From assembly GCA_965222935.1 (NCBI GenBank), contig CBDCVA010000002.1, positions 1,035,442 to 1,099,441 on the forward strand: 64,000 nt of DNA. Reading direction: 5' to 3'. This stretch comes from Candidatus Latescibacterota bacterium (GTDB taxonomy: Bacteria; Latescibacterota; CBDCVA01). Position 1 is the stretch's first letter; each line of letters begins with the position of its first letter. The position numbers and the translations under genes are program-made. This document shows positions 28,131 through 37,085 of this stretch, piece by piece. A model generated the notes under the pieces. It saw only the letters and a program-made list of their open reading frames with translations. It was not told the origin of the DNA and searched no databases.

Positions 28131-28628
28131 TCACCGGATCGACTGGTACAACTGCACGCTCCAACCCCGAAAGCCGTCGCGCTCGTAGAACTGTAGAATT
28201 TGGTGCAAATCCTTCGTGCCGCTAAAGACATGCAAGTGCGTGAAGCCGTCGCGCTTGGCGCGCTCCTTGACTCGCTCGAGGAGCAGAGAGCCGATGCCAC
28301 GAGACCGATGATCCGGGATGACGTAAATGTCGTCAATTTCGAAATATTTCGTCCCTTCAGGGATCACGGCCAGACCGTCGCTCATGCGCTCACTGGCGGT
28401 GACGAACCCAACGACGGTCCCTTCGAGTTCCGCGACGAGGAAATACCCCTGGAACGCCGCTCGTATCTGTTCCTCGCTCGCCGGAACGAAGCCGTAGGTA
28501 ATGTCCTCATGAGCCCATTGAACCTGAAGATGGCGAACGCGCGGCACGTCGGCCTCGGTTTGCCTTCCTGACAGTAGCTGCGGGTTCCATTCGCCGGACT
28601 TGATGAGGCATAATGGACTTGAGCTCAA
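28131..28628 (-). CDS. GNAT family N-acetyltransferase
   Basis: Acetyl-CoA-binding motif ...YVIPDHRSRGIGSLLLERVKERAKRDGF...; start uncertain; lower-GC region. Confidence 0.6.
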   Translation of the reverse strand: MSSSPLCLIKSGEWNPQLLSGRQTEADVPRVRHLQVQWAHEDITYGFVPASEEQIRAAFQGYFLVAELEGTVVGFVTASERMSDGLAVIPEGTKYFEIDDIYVIPDHRSRGIGSLLLERVKERAKRDGFTHLHVFSGTKDLHQILQFYERDGFRGWSVQLYQSIR

Positions 28629-28739
28629 AGACTACGGTTTATCCGAGATTCATCGGAGCGAATAGTTATGTAACGGTCTCCGTAGTCATTCGACATCCCG
28701 TTTAATGCGATGGTAAGCCAAGACGCTCAACGTAGGCTG

Positions 28740-29495
28740 CTACTCGACCCCGAGCGTGGCCAGCCTCTGCAACGCGCCTTCCAATTCCTCAAGCGACCTA
28801 ATTTCCGTGTATCGTGTCGATTTGATGTCCGGGTTCATAACCTTACCACGGTTGATGAGAACCGCCCACATGCCAGCCGCGAGTGCACCGCCGATGTCAT
28901 CGTCAGGATTGTCACCGATATGTACTGCGTGGTTCGGCGGTACGTCCAGCTCTTGGAGCGTCGAATCGAAGATTTGCCGGTCCGGCTTCCCACAGCCGAG
29001 TTCCTCCGACACAGATATCACGTCGAAATAATGGGACAGTCGCGTGACGGCAAGTTTCTCAAGCTGGATTTGCCGCGTCCCGTTCGTAATCACCGCCATC
29101 CTGCATTGGCCACGCAACCGGTGGAGTGTGTGCTCAGCGTCCTCGAATGCCATGTAGCCGATCGTACGGCGAGCTTCACCGTAGGTCCGAGCAGCAAAAT
29201 GCGCTGCTTCTGGGCTGTCGACGCCACTGGCAGTCAACGCAAGGCTCCAAACCTCGACTCTGATTTCGTCTCCCGACTTCTGTGGATCTCCCATGCTCGG
29301 AATCTTTCCAAGACTAGACCACATCTGCTTGCTGGCATGCAGGTAATTCGTCATAAGGCACTGGGCGTCGACACTCGGATAGGTGTCCACGATCTTTCGA
29401 GTCGTGTGCTCTGCCGCCATCCCAGCCCCCCGTTCATCATCTAGCAGAGTTTCGTCGAGGTCGAAACAGATGGCTTGAAATCCATACACAGTCAT
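28740..29495 (-). CDS. HAD-superfamily hydrolase
   Basis: Motif I FDLDETLL, motif III GKPD, motif IV HIGDNPDDDIGGA; start placed at MTVYGFQAICFDLD; lower-GC region. Confidence 0.7.
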   Translation of the reverse strand: MTVYGFQAICFDLDETLLDDERGAGMAAEHTTRKIVDTYPSVDAQCLMTNYLHASKQMWSSLGKIPSMGDPQKSGDEIRVEVWSLALTASGVDSPEAAHFAARTYGEARRTIGYMAFEDAEHTLHRLRGQCRMAVITNGTRQIQLEKLAVTRLSHYFDVISVSEELGCGKPDRQIFDSTLQELDVPPNHAVHIGDNPDDDIGGALAAGMWAVLINRGKVMNPDIKSTRYTEIRSLEELEGALQRLATLGVE

Positions 29496-29791
29496 GGCGT
29501 AAAGTTGGGTTTCAGTCCTCTCGATACTGTGAGCCACATAACGAGCCGCGAGTCATGAGCCAGCGCCGACAGCACCGGAGTAAGACCTGGGCAGCGGGAA
29601 ATCAACTCTCGAAGGCCACGAGCTGAAGCCGGTCCCGTGGAACCGCGTGCTAGCCCCGTCAAGGAACGAATGACGACAGAGTGCGTCACGACGAGTACGC
29701 GTTGCCGCTTTCGATACTTGCTGAGGGCACCCAATAGGACTGACGGAAAACGGGCAGGTCAACCGTGCGGACGCGCCTCCACTGGCCGCTG

Positions 29792-30940
29792 CTATTTCCG
29801 CTCGGTGTAATCCCGCCCGGCTTTTGAGATGGCTTGCTTACGGAGCGCCATGAGCTCGTGCCGCTTGTCAGCGGACCACTCTTGGGAAGCTTTCAGGCTC
29901 ACCAGAGAGCCCTGGAAGTGGGGCATCACGTACCGTGCGATGAGCTCGTAGCTATGCAGGACCTGCTCGCGGGTGGCGAATTCCGTGGCCTGAACCAATA
30001 GCCCGCCGAAGCCTCCGGTTTGACCGTCCAGCCGCTCTATGGCGGCGATCAGATCGTCCGGCGTTCCGATGCACCACTGGCCCTTGTCCACCATGACGTC
30101 GATGATGTTCTCGGCGGGGCCGTCATCCATCACGGGATCGAAGCCCATAGTGCCCTCGAAGTAATCGCGCTGGTAACGCGCAGCACCCCAGCGAGCTCCT
30201 TCGATGGCCTCCTCGCGGCTCTCCGCCAGATGCACGAGAAGCACGAGCCGCCAGTCCTCCCGCTTCACGGTCTTGCCGTGCTCGGCGGCCGTCTCTTCGG
30301 CGATCTTCCAGTAGTCATTCAGCGTTGACGTATAGCTCTCTTTCGTGATGATGCTGACCGACAGCACCCCCGCTCCGTGCTTGCCCGCCAGCCTCATCCC
30401 CGTAGGCGACTGGGAGGCCGCCACCGCGATGGGAAAGTGGGGCTGCGTATAGGGCCGCAGGTGGAGCCGGGCCTCCCTGAGGGTGAACCACTCGGACTCG
30501 TGGGTGATAGGCTCCGTCTCGGTCAAGAGCCGCATGATGATTTCGAGGGCCTCGTCCATGCGCTGCCGCTGAACCAAGTGGTCTATCCCCAGCATGTACG
30601 CATCCGTGGTCAGGGCGCCCGGCCCCACGCCCATCATGACCCGGCCCCTGGTCAGGTGGTCCAGGAGCACCATCCGGTCCGCCACCATCAGGGGATGGTG
30701 GTAGGGCAGGCTGACGACGCCGGTGCCGAACTTGATGTGTCTGGTGCGTTCGGCGGCGGCGGCGATGAAGACCTCCGGCGATGCGATCGTCTCCCAGCCG
30801 GCGCTGTGGTGTTCGCCGATCCACGCCTCGTCAAAGCCGAGGGTATCGAGCCACTGTATGAGCTCCAGGTCCCGCTCCAGTCCCAGCGTGGGGTTCTCGC
30901 CCAGCCGGTGGAACGGCCCCAGGAAGATGCCGAATTTCAT
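29792..30940 (-). CDS. LLM-class (luciferase-like) flavin-dependent monooxygenase/oxidoreductase
   Basis: MKFGIFLGPFH... TIM-barrel LLM N-terminus, ...AWIGEHH..., length about 380 aa. Confidence 0.75.
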   Translation of the reverse strand: MKFGIFLGPFHRLGENPTLGLERDLELIQWLDTLGFDEAWIGEHHSAGWETIASPEVFIAAAAERTRHIKFGTGVVSLPYHHPLMVADRMVLLDHLTRGRVMMGVGPGALTTDAYMLGIDHLVQRQRMDEALEIIMRLLTETEPITHESEWFTLREARLHLRPYTQPHFPIAVAASQSPTGMRLAGKHGAGVLSVSIITKESYTSTLNDYWKIAEETAAEHGKTVKREDWRLVLLVHLAESREEAIEGARWGAARYQRDYFEGTMGFDPVMDDGPAENIIDVMVDKGQWCIGTPDDLIAAIERLDGQTGGFGGLLVQATEFATREQVLHSYELIARYVMPHFQGSLVSLKASQEWSADKRHELMALRKQAISKAGRDYTERK

Positions 30941-31186
30941 ACGTGCGGGTAACGCCATGCCACGATCCTTTCGTCTTTACCGCCGCTCCGGTGCATCACC
31001 ATCCACACCAACATCATCGACGCCGCAGCAATCCGAAGGGTCCTATACTATACCCCCTCTATCCGAAGGAGGCACACTTTTTCACGCCGGGCTACTTTTC
31101 ACGCCGGGCTACCCGCCCAGAGGCGCACCGCCGGCGGTCTCCGCCCGGCGTGTGGATCGACACCGGCTGGCCTCGGGGTAGGGTTT

Positions 31187-32332
31187 CTACCAGTTGGTGT
31201 AGGAGCCATCGCGCCTGTGCAGGTGAGGTCCTTCCCAGAACCTGAACGACTCCTCCACCCTCTCTTCGTTGAACTCGACGCCCAGGCCGGGTTCCGTCGG
31301 CAGGGGATAGCGCGTACCCTCGAGCCGATGCTGAAGCGGAAAGGCCTCCGTCCTGAAGGCGGATTCCCGACAGCGGTCTTCCAGCCAGGCGAAGTTAGGC
31401 ACCGCAGCGCCGAAGTGAATGTGCGCGGCGGTGCTGATCGGACCCAACGGATTGTGCGGCATCATGTCGATGTAGTGGGCCTCGCACCAGCCGGCCACCT
31501 TCATGGCCTCGGTGAACCCTCCCACGTTGCAGACGTCGATCCTCGCGAAGTTGGTCAGGCCCCGCTCGATGTAGGGCAAAAAGGCCCACTTGCTCGAAAA
31601 CTCCTCGCCGATGGCCATCGGCACCGGCGTCATCCGGCGGAGCGCAGCGTAGGCTTCGGGCGCCTCATCGCGGATCGGTTCCTCGAGAAAATCCAGGGTG
31701 CCAGGCGGCATCATCTGGCAGAAGGACGCCGCTTCCGCGACGTTCAGGCGGTGGTGGTAGTCGATCCCGAGCACCGGCGCCCGACCCAGCGCTTCCCGCA
31801 CCCGGGTCATCCATTCCGCGGTCACCGCCGTGGACTCGCGGGGCTCGTGCAGGCACTCGTCTCCGGGCGGATGATGCCAGGCGGGGACAAACCGGATGAC
31901 ATCCCAGCCCTCCCCGACGAGGCGCCTGGCGTCTTCGATGACTTGCGGGCCATCGAGCTCCCGGGCGGTGACGAAACAGGGAACAGCGTCGCGCTGGGCG
32001 CCCCCCAAGAGCTGATACACCGGCACGCCCAGTTTTTTTGCGACGAGGTCGTGCAGCGCGATGTCGATGGCGGAGATGGCCCCCGTGAGGATGCGTCCAC
32101 CCTCGAAGTACTGGCCGCGGTACATCTCCTGCCACAGCGCACCGATCCGCATGGGGTCCTTGCCGATCAAGAATTCGCGGAAGTGCGCCACGGCACCCTG
32201 GACCGCCAGCTCCCGACCCGAGACGCCCGCTTCACCCCAGCCGCAGAAGCCCTCGTCGGTCTCGATCTTCAGCACGAACTGGTTCCTGAACTCGACCCAG
32301 ACCGGATAGGTCTTTATCTCCGTGATCTTCAT
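31187..32332 (-). CDS. enolase-superfamily sugar-acid dehydratase (mandelate racemase / D-galactonate-D-mannonate dehydratase family)
   Basis: MKITEIKTYPVWVEFRNQFVLKIETDEGFCGWGEAGVSGRE... capping domain; barrel metal ligands (...IDYHHRL..., ...FLEEP..., ...DMMPHNP...). Confidence 0.8.
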   Translation of the reverse strand: MKITEIKTYPVWVEFRNQFVLKIETDEGFCGWGEAGVSGRELAVQGAVAHFREFLIGKDPMRIGALWQEMYRGQYFEGGRILTGAISAIDIALHDLVAKKLGVPVYQLLGGAQRDAVPCFVTARELDGPQVIEDARRLVGEGWDVIRFVPAWHHPPGDECLHEPRESTAVTAEWMTRVREALGRAPVLGIDYHHRLNVAEAASFCQMMPPGTLDFLEEPIRDEAPEAYAALRRMTPVPMAIGEEFSSKWAFLPYIERGLTNFARIDVCNVGGFTEAMKVAGWCEAHYIDMMPHNPLGPISTAAHIHFGAAVPNFAWLEDRCRESAFRTEAFPLQHRLEGTRYPLPTEPGLGVEFNEERVEESFRFWEGPHLHRRDGSYTNW

Positions 32333-32385
32333 AGCTCCCTCTCCAGCATCTGCGAGTTCATGCGCGTCCCTTCCCTTCTATGGAG

Positions 32386-32575
32386 AAACCCCACCCCCGG
32401 CTCCTCGTTCGGCGCGGGTGGGAAGATCGTCATTTTCGGGGTGAAAGTCAGTGCTGGATTGGTGACACTAACCCCACCCCCGGCCCCTCCCCGCATGCAG
32501 GGAGGGGAGCAAGATCAAGTTCAAAGGCAACGGGAACGTGCAGAGGGGCCACACATGCAGGGAGGGGAGTAAGAG
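32386..32575. repeat. composite repeat: short B element (reverse orientation, copy 5) flanked by A-element fragments, upstream of the enolase-superfamily gene
   Basis: Reverse complement of 32401-32473 = ggttagtgtcaccaatccagcactgactttcaccccgaaaatgacgatcttcccacccgcgcc...; A-like aaccccacccccggcccctccccgcatgcagggaggggag at 32471-32510 and again near 32550. Confidence 0.85.
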
Positions 32576-32623
32576 CAAGGGCCAGCGTCCACGTCCAGAG
32601 GCCGAACCCTCCCCAAGCCATGC

Positions 32624-33421
32624 TCAGTACGGCAACAGTCCGCCGGATGCGTTATAGGTCTGGCCGGTGACATAGCTCGCGTCCGACGACGCCAGAAAAG
32701 CGACGACGTTGGCGACGTCCTCCGGCTTCTGAATGCGCCCCAACGGTACGCTCGCGACCGCCCGCGCCTTCACCGAACCCACCGGCGCGCCCTCCAGTTT
32801 GGCGATCTCGCGGTCGATCAACTCCCACATCGGGGTGTCCACGATCCCGGCGCACACGCAGTTGACGAGAATGCCGTGCGACGACAGCTCCAGGCCCATC
32901 TGCCTGGTCAGCCCGACGACGGCGTGCTTGCTGGCAGCATACGCGCCCAGCGGCACGCCCTTGCCGGGCGCGATCTTGCCCGCACCGGAGGCGTTGTTGA
33001 TGATCCGGCCGCCCTCGCCCTGGGCGATCATCCGCCGCGCCGCCGCCTGCGAGCAGAGAAACACTCCCTTGGCGTTCACGTCCATCAGCCGGTCCCAGAC
33101 CGCTTCGTCGGTATCCAACAGCGGCGCGACGGCTCCAATACCCGCGTTGTTGACCAGGATGTCAAGCCGACCGAATCGCGCCGCAGCCGCGCGAACCATT
33201 CCCTCAGCATCGTCTTTGTGCGTCACGTCCACCCTGAGGGGGAGGGCCACGCCGCCAGCCGCACCTATCTCCCCGGCCACCTCCACCGCGTTTCCCTCGT
33301 CGATATCCGCGACGGCCACGCTCGCACCTTCGCGGGCCAGCCTGAGCGCGATGGCCCGCCCGATTCCGCGTCCGCCGCCCGTCACGATGGCGGCCTGTCC
33401 CTCCAGATCGTACCTTGGCAC
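32624..33421 (-). CDS. short-chain dehydrogenase/reductase (SDR)
   Basis: TGGGRGIGRAIA cofactor motif, NNAG, catalytic YAASK; GTG start at 33419-33421. Confidence 0.85.
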   Translation of the reverse strand: MPRYDLEGQAAIVTGGGRGIGRAIALRLAREGASVAVADIDEGNAVEVAGEIGAAGGVALPLRVDVTHKDDAEGMVRAAAARFGRLDILVNNAGIGAVAPLLDTDEAVWDRLMDVNAKGVFLCSQAAARRMIAQGEGGRIINNASGAGKIAPGKGVPLGAYAASKHAVVGLTRQMGLELSSHGILVNCVCAGIVDTPMWELIDREIAKLEGAPVGSVKARAVASVPLGRIQKPEDVANVVAFLASSDASYVTGQTYNASGGLLPY

Positions 33422-33445
33422 CGTCGCTTTCCCTCGCCCGTCTAG

Positions 33446-33732
33446 TGCGCCGTCCCACGAATACCCTGGAGAAACCCCACCCCCCTACCCCCTCCCCGGC
33501 GGAAGCTCCGCTGGCGCAAGCAGGGAAAGGGCAAAAGAGGGAACCCCGCCAGCCAGTGGGGAGGGGGGCGCCCACAAGAGGCGCCCCTACGACTGGGCTC
33601 ACTCCGCCCGCGCGGGGACAGGCGCCTTGCAGGTCGAGTGCCTCGGTACCACGATCCGCACCACAAACCCCACCCCCGGCCCCTCCCCGCATGCAGGGAG
33701 GGGAGCAAGATTGTGGCGTCTGCGGCCTGCCC
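33446..33732. repeat. A-element cluster (two A copies) inserted between the VOC and SDR genes, flanked by ~57-bp direct repeats of the SDR 5' end
   Basis: A-type sequences at about 33470-33510 and 33665-33710. Direct repeats 33388-33445 and 33720-33776 (gcggcctg...ccagatcgtaccttggcaccgtcgctttccctcgcccg(t/c)ctag) duplicate the SDR start region. Confidence 0.8.
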
Positions 33733-33773
33733 GTCCAGATCGTACCTTGGCACCGTCGCTTTCCCTCGCCCGC

Positions 33774-34298
33774 CTAGCCCCTCGGCTCCCTAGTCTCGAC
33801 CGGGGTCTCCATGAACTCGAGGACGTATCCATCGGGGTCCTTGAAGAAGGCGACGCGCACGATGCCCCATTCGAGATCGAAGCTGACCGGCTCGGACACG
33901 AACTCGACCCCCCTGGCACTCAGATCCCGATAGGCCGCCCGGATGTCCGGGACGCCGAAGCAGATGTGCGAGTGGCCGACATCGCCCAGTTCGGCATCCG
34001 AGACCCCGCCTTCGGGCGCGTGGTACTGTTGCAGATCGATCTCGATTCCCGGTGTCCCGGGGGCCACGATCCGCACCACGTCCATCACGACGTTGGGCTT
34101 GCCGGCCATCTTCGAGATGGTCTCGCCTTCGAGGCGGTGCCGCTCCACCTCCTTCAGTCCAAGGAGACCGCAGTAGAACGCCAGCGAGCGGTCCATATCG
34201 CTCACCGTGACCGAGACGTGGTCCAGGATGCTGACGGCGTCGTTCATGGTGACCTCCGGGTGTGTGGGCTCCACCAGAGCAGCGGCTCCTTCCTCCAT
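33774..34298 (-). CDS. VOC-family protein (glyoxalase/bleomycin-resistance/dioxygenase fold)
   Basis: ...ILDHVSVTVSDMDRSLAFYCGLLGL... and ...HICFGVPDIRAAYRDLSARGVEF... beta-alpha-beta-beta-beta modules; the internal Met at 34247 is an alternative start. Confidence 0.7.
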   Translation of the reverse strand: MEEGAAALVEPTHPEVTMNDAVSILDHVSVTVSDMDRSLAFYCGLLGLKEVERHRLEGETISKMAGKPNVVMDVVRIVAPGTPGIEIDLQQYHAPEGGVSDAELGDVGHSHICFGVPDIRAAYRDLSARGVEFVSEPVSFDLEWGIVRVAFFKDPDGYVLEFMETPVETREPRG

Positions 34299-34319
34299 CC
34301 CGACCTTCCGATGGGCGAG

Positions 34320-34535
34320 TCCAACCGCGCGGGTGGGAAGATCGTCAATATCGGGGTGAAAGTCAGTGCTGGAAAAGTGACACTAAGTGAACCCCGGCCC
34401 TAAAGAAACCCCACCCCCGACCCCTCCCCGGCGGAAGCTCCGCTGGCACATGCAGGGAGGGGAGTAAAGACAAGAGCCTGCGTCCACGTTCAGAGGCCGA
34501 ACCCTCCCCGGGTGCAGGGAGGGGAGAAGGGCAAG
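34320..34535. repeat. composite repeat: short B element (reverse, copy 6) plus A element, upstream of the VOC gene
   Basis: Reverse complement of 34320-34390 = tcacttagtgtcacttttccagcactgactttcaccccgatattgacgatcttcccacccgcgcgg...; A: aaccccacccccgacccctccccggcggaagctccgctggcacatgcagggaggggag. Confidence 0.85.
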
Positions 34536-34559
34536 GGCAGCCAGTGCGTCCAGTCCGAC

Positions 34560-35432
34560 TCAGAAGCTGATGCGCGAGAGGAACTCGGGCACCCCTCGAA
34601 TGCCGAAATTGACCCTGAAGAGCCCCCCTGCGCCGGGTCCATCCACCGCCTTGTTGTTTCCGCCGATCGTCGTCACGTAGATGTCGGTGAGGTCCGCCCC
34701 GCCCATCGTGACGCTGGAAACCAGCCTGGCGGGGAAATGGACGACCCTTTCCTCGACGCCGTCCGGCGCGTATCGGTGCAGCGACCCGTTTCCCGCGCGG
34801 GCGGACCAGACGTGTCCTTCGGCGTCAACGGTCATCCCATCGGGCAAGCCTTTGTCCACCGGCGTCTCCACGAAGGCCCTTCGGTTGGAGAGGCTCCCGG
34901 CGGCCTCGTCGTAATCGAACAGGCTGATCTCGCAGTCGATGGAGTCGGTGTAGTACATCCCCTTGCGGTCCGGCGTGAAGCCCATCCCGTTGGAGACGCC
35001 GATCCCCTCCAGAATCGGCGTGATCGAACCATCGGTGTCGAGGCGGTACAGCCTTCCCAGCCTCTCGTCGATTCGGTCGCCGTCCATCGGCATGGTGCCG
35101 CAGAAGACCCGCCCTGCGGGGTCGGCGATGACGTCGTTGAAGCGGTTCTCGCGCTCCTGGGGAATCTCGTCGATGAGGGGATGGAGCTCGCCACCCCGCA
35201 GAACGGCGACTCTCCCTCTCGCCATGAACAGGAGCAGCGCCCCGTCCTCCTGGATGGTGAAGCCTCCGATCACCTCGCCATCGTAGCACTGCTCATGCTC
35301 GCCCGTGGCCGGATCAAACCAGAAGATCCGGCCGGTGAGGATGTCCAGCCAGTAGAGACGCTTCTCCAGCGGATGCCACATGGGTCCTTCGCCCACGACG
35401 CACTCGTAATCGACGATCAGTTCGGGTTCCAT
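34560..35432 (-). CDS. SMP-30/gluconolactonase/LRE-family protein (six-bladed beta-propeller lactonase)
   Basis: MEPELIVDYECVVGEGPMWHP..., ...SNGMGFTPD..., ...LPDGMTVDAEGHVW...; start at the ATG at 35430-35432 preceded by a GGAG RBS. Confidence 0.8.
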   Translation of the reverse strand: MEPELIVDYECVVGEGPMWHPLEKRLYWLDILTGRIFWFDPATGEHEQCYDGEVIGGFTIQEDGALLLFMARGRVAVLRGGELHPLIDEIPQERENRFNDVIADPAGRVFCGTMPMDGDRIDERLGRLYRLDTDGSITPILEGIGVSNGMGFTPDRKGMYYTDSIDCEISLFDYDEAAGSLSNRRAFVETPVDKGLPDGMTVDAEGHVWSARAGNGSLHRYAPDGVEERVVHFPARLVSSVTMGGADLTDIYVTTIGGNNKAVDGPGAGGLFRVNFGIRGVPEFLSRISF

Positions 35433-35450
35433 CGCCCTTCTCCTCTCACC

Positions 35451-35570
35451 TGGCCCATGCCCGACATTCCGATGGGGAACTCCAACCGCGAACCCCACCC
35501 CCGACCCCTCCCCGGCGGAAGCTCCGCTGGCAGCGGAAGCTCCGCTGGCACAAGCAGGGAGGGGAGTAAG
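35451..35570. repeat. A element (copy 7) with a remnant of the B-element tail, upstream of the gluconolactonase gene
   Basis: gaaccccacccccgacccctccccggcggaagctccgctggcagcggaagctccgctggcacaagcagggaggggagtaag; the adjacent tggggaactccaaccgcg matches the tail of B copy 6. Confidence 0.8.
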
Positions 35571-35736
35571 TCGGACACAGTCCAGCGCCCTGGTTTGCGC
35601 GTCCTCGGCGGCAGCCGGAGTTGCACAGTCAGCCCGGTTCAGCTAACCTGAGACACAAGGTACATCCAGTCAAGCACAAAAGGCGGAGCGGCTTCCCACT
35701 GCTGTCTTAGGTCAACAGACGTTTAGCGAGATTTCC

Positions 35737-36903
35737 ATGATGGCGCGAACCATCGGCATCGGCGTGATCGGCATGGGCTGGATGGGCGCAGTCCACAGCC
35801 GCGCCTACCGGCAGACGGCGGACTACTTCCCCGAAAGCGGCGTCCGGCCGCGCCTCATCATCTGCGCTGACGATGTCGAGGCCCGAGCGCGCGAAGCGCA
35901 TGAGCGATTCGGCTTCCTGCGCTACACGACGGACTGGAGGGAAGTGATCGCGGCCCCCGATGTCGAGGCCGTCAATATCGCCGCACCCAACAACATGCAT
36001 CTGGAAGTGGCCAGGGAAGCCTCGGCGGCGGGAAAGCACATGCTCTGCGAGAAACCGGTCGGCCGGAACCGGGGGGAAACGGCCGAGATCGAGCGCGCCG
36101 CACGCCGGGCGAACATCTTGACGTGCGTGGGTTACAACTACCGTTGGGCGCCAGTCGTGCAATACGCCCGGCAACTGATCGGGGAGGGGCAATTAGGCAG
36201 ACTGACGCACTACCGGGGCCGCTTCTTCGCCGGTTACGCATGCAATCCGCAGGGCGTGCTTTCGTGGCGCTTCCAGCGCGAACTCGCAGGACTGGGCGCT
36301 CTGGGCGACCTGATGTCACACGCGGTCGACATGGCGCATCTGATCGCGGGCCCCATCACGCGCGTCGTCGGCAACCGCGAGACGTTCATCGCACAGCGTC
36401 CCTTAGCGACAAAGGGCGTCGGCACGCATTTCTCGGTCAGCACGGGCGGCCCGATGGGTGAAGTGACCAATGAGGATTACGCCGGAGCGCTGGTGCACTT
36501 CGAGAACGGCGCGCACGGCACGCTCGAAGCGTGCCGCGTCATCCAGGGTCCTCAGAATCAGATGGCCTTCGATGCGCATGGGACGGAGGGCGCCGTCAGT
36601 TGGGACTTCGAGCGCATGAACGAGATCGGGTTGTACCGCGCCCATGACGATCCGCGACGAGGCGGGTACACGCGCATCCTGAGCGGACCATCCCACCCCT
36701 TTCACGCGAGCTTCAGTCCGGGGCCGGGCATCGGTCTGGACTACGAGGACCTGAAGGTCATCGAAGCCCACCAGTTCCTGCAGTCGATCGTGAATGGACA
36801 ACAGGGCGAACCGGGCTTCGCCGAGGCCCTGGCGGCGGCCGATGTCCTAGCGGCGATGGAGCGATCGTGGAGGACCGGGGCGTGGGAAGCGGTGCGATCG
36901 TGA
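35737..36903 (+). CDS. Gfo/Idh/MocA-family NAD(P)-dependent oxidoreductase
   Basis: [19 protein letters not shown] Rossmann start, EKPV motif, C-terminal alpha/beta dimerisation domain. Confidence 0.85.
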   Translation: MMARTIGIGVIGMGWMGAVHSRAYRQTADYFPESGVRPRLIICADDVEARAREAHERFGFLRYTTDWREVIAAPDVEAVNIAAPNNMHLEVAREASAAGKHMLCEKPVGRNRGETAEIERAARRANILTCVGYNYRWAPVVQYARQLIGEGQLGRLTHYRGRFFAGYACNPQGVLSWRFQRELAGLGALGDLMSHAVDMAHLIAGPITRVVGNRETFIAQRPLATKGVGTHFSVSTGGPMGEVTNEDYAGALVHFENGAHGTLEACRVIQGPQNQMAFDAHGTEGAVSWDFERMNEIGLYRAHDDPRRGGYTRILSGPSHPFHASFSPGPGIGLDYEDLKVIEAHQFLQSIVNGQQGEPGFAEALAAADVLAAMERSWRTGAWEAVRS

Positions 36904-37050
36904 ACCCCACCCCCGGTCCCTCCCCGGCGGAAGCTCCGCTGGCAGCGGAAGCTCCGCTGGCACATGCAGGGAGGGGAGAAGAACAAGGGCAAGGGCAACA
37001 AGAACGTGCGGGGCCCTTACCCGCGTGCGGGGAGGGGAGAAGGGCAAGGC
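36903..37050. repeat. A element (copy 8) plus degenerate A-like extension, between the Gfo/Idh/MocA gene and the M24 peptidase gene
   Basis: aaccccacccccggtccctccccggcggaagctccgctggcagcggaagctccgctggcacatgcagggaggggag... followed by gcggggaggggagaagggcaagg. Confidence 0.85.
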
Positions 37051-37085
37051 CGGTGACCACCGGGTGAGAGGAAGGCCGCACTGAG

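Noticed and set aside
21124-37050. CRISPR array as an explanation of the recurring GC-rich repeats
   Set aside because: Repeats are irregularly spaced (hundreds to thousands of bp), occur in both orientations, vary in length, are separated by full-length genes rather than short spacers, and no cas genes are present.
21124-37050. Integron gene cassettes with attC sites
   Set aside because: No intI integrase or attI in the window; the conserved B motif lies at the 5' side of genes (attC sits 3' of cassette genes); flanked genes are in both orientations; the GTTAGTG core only partly fits GTTRRRY.
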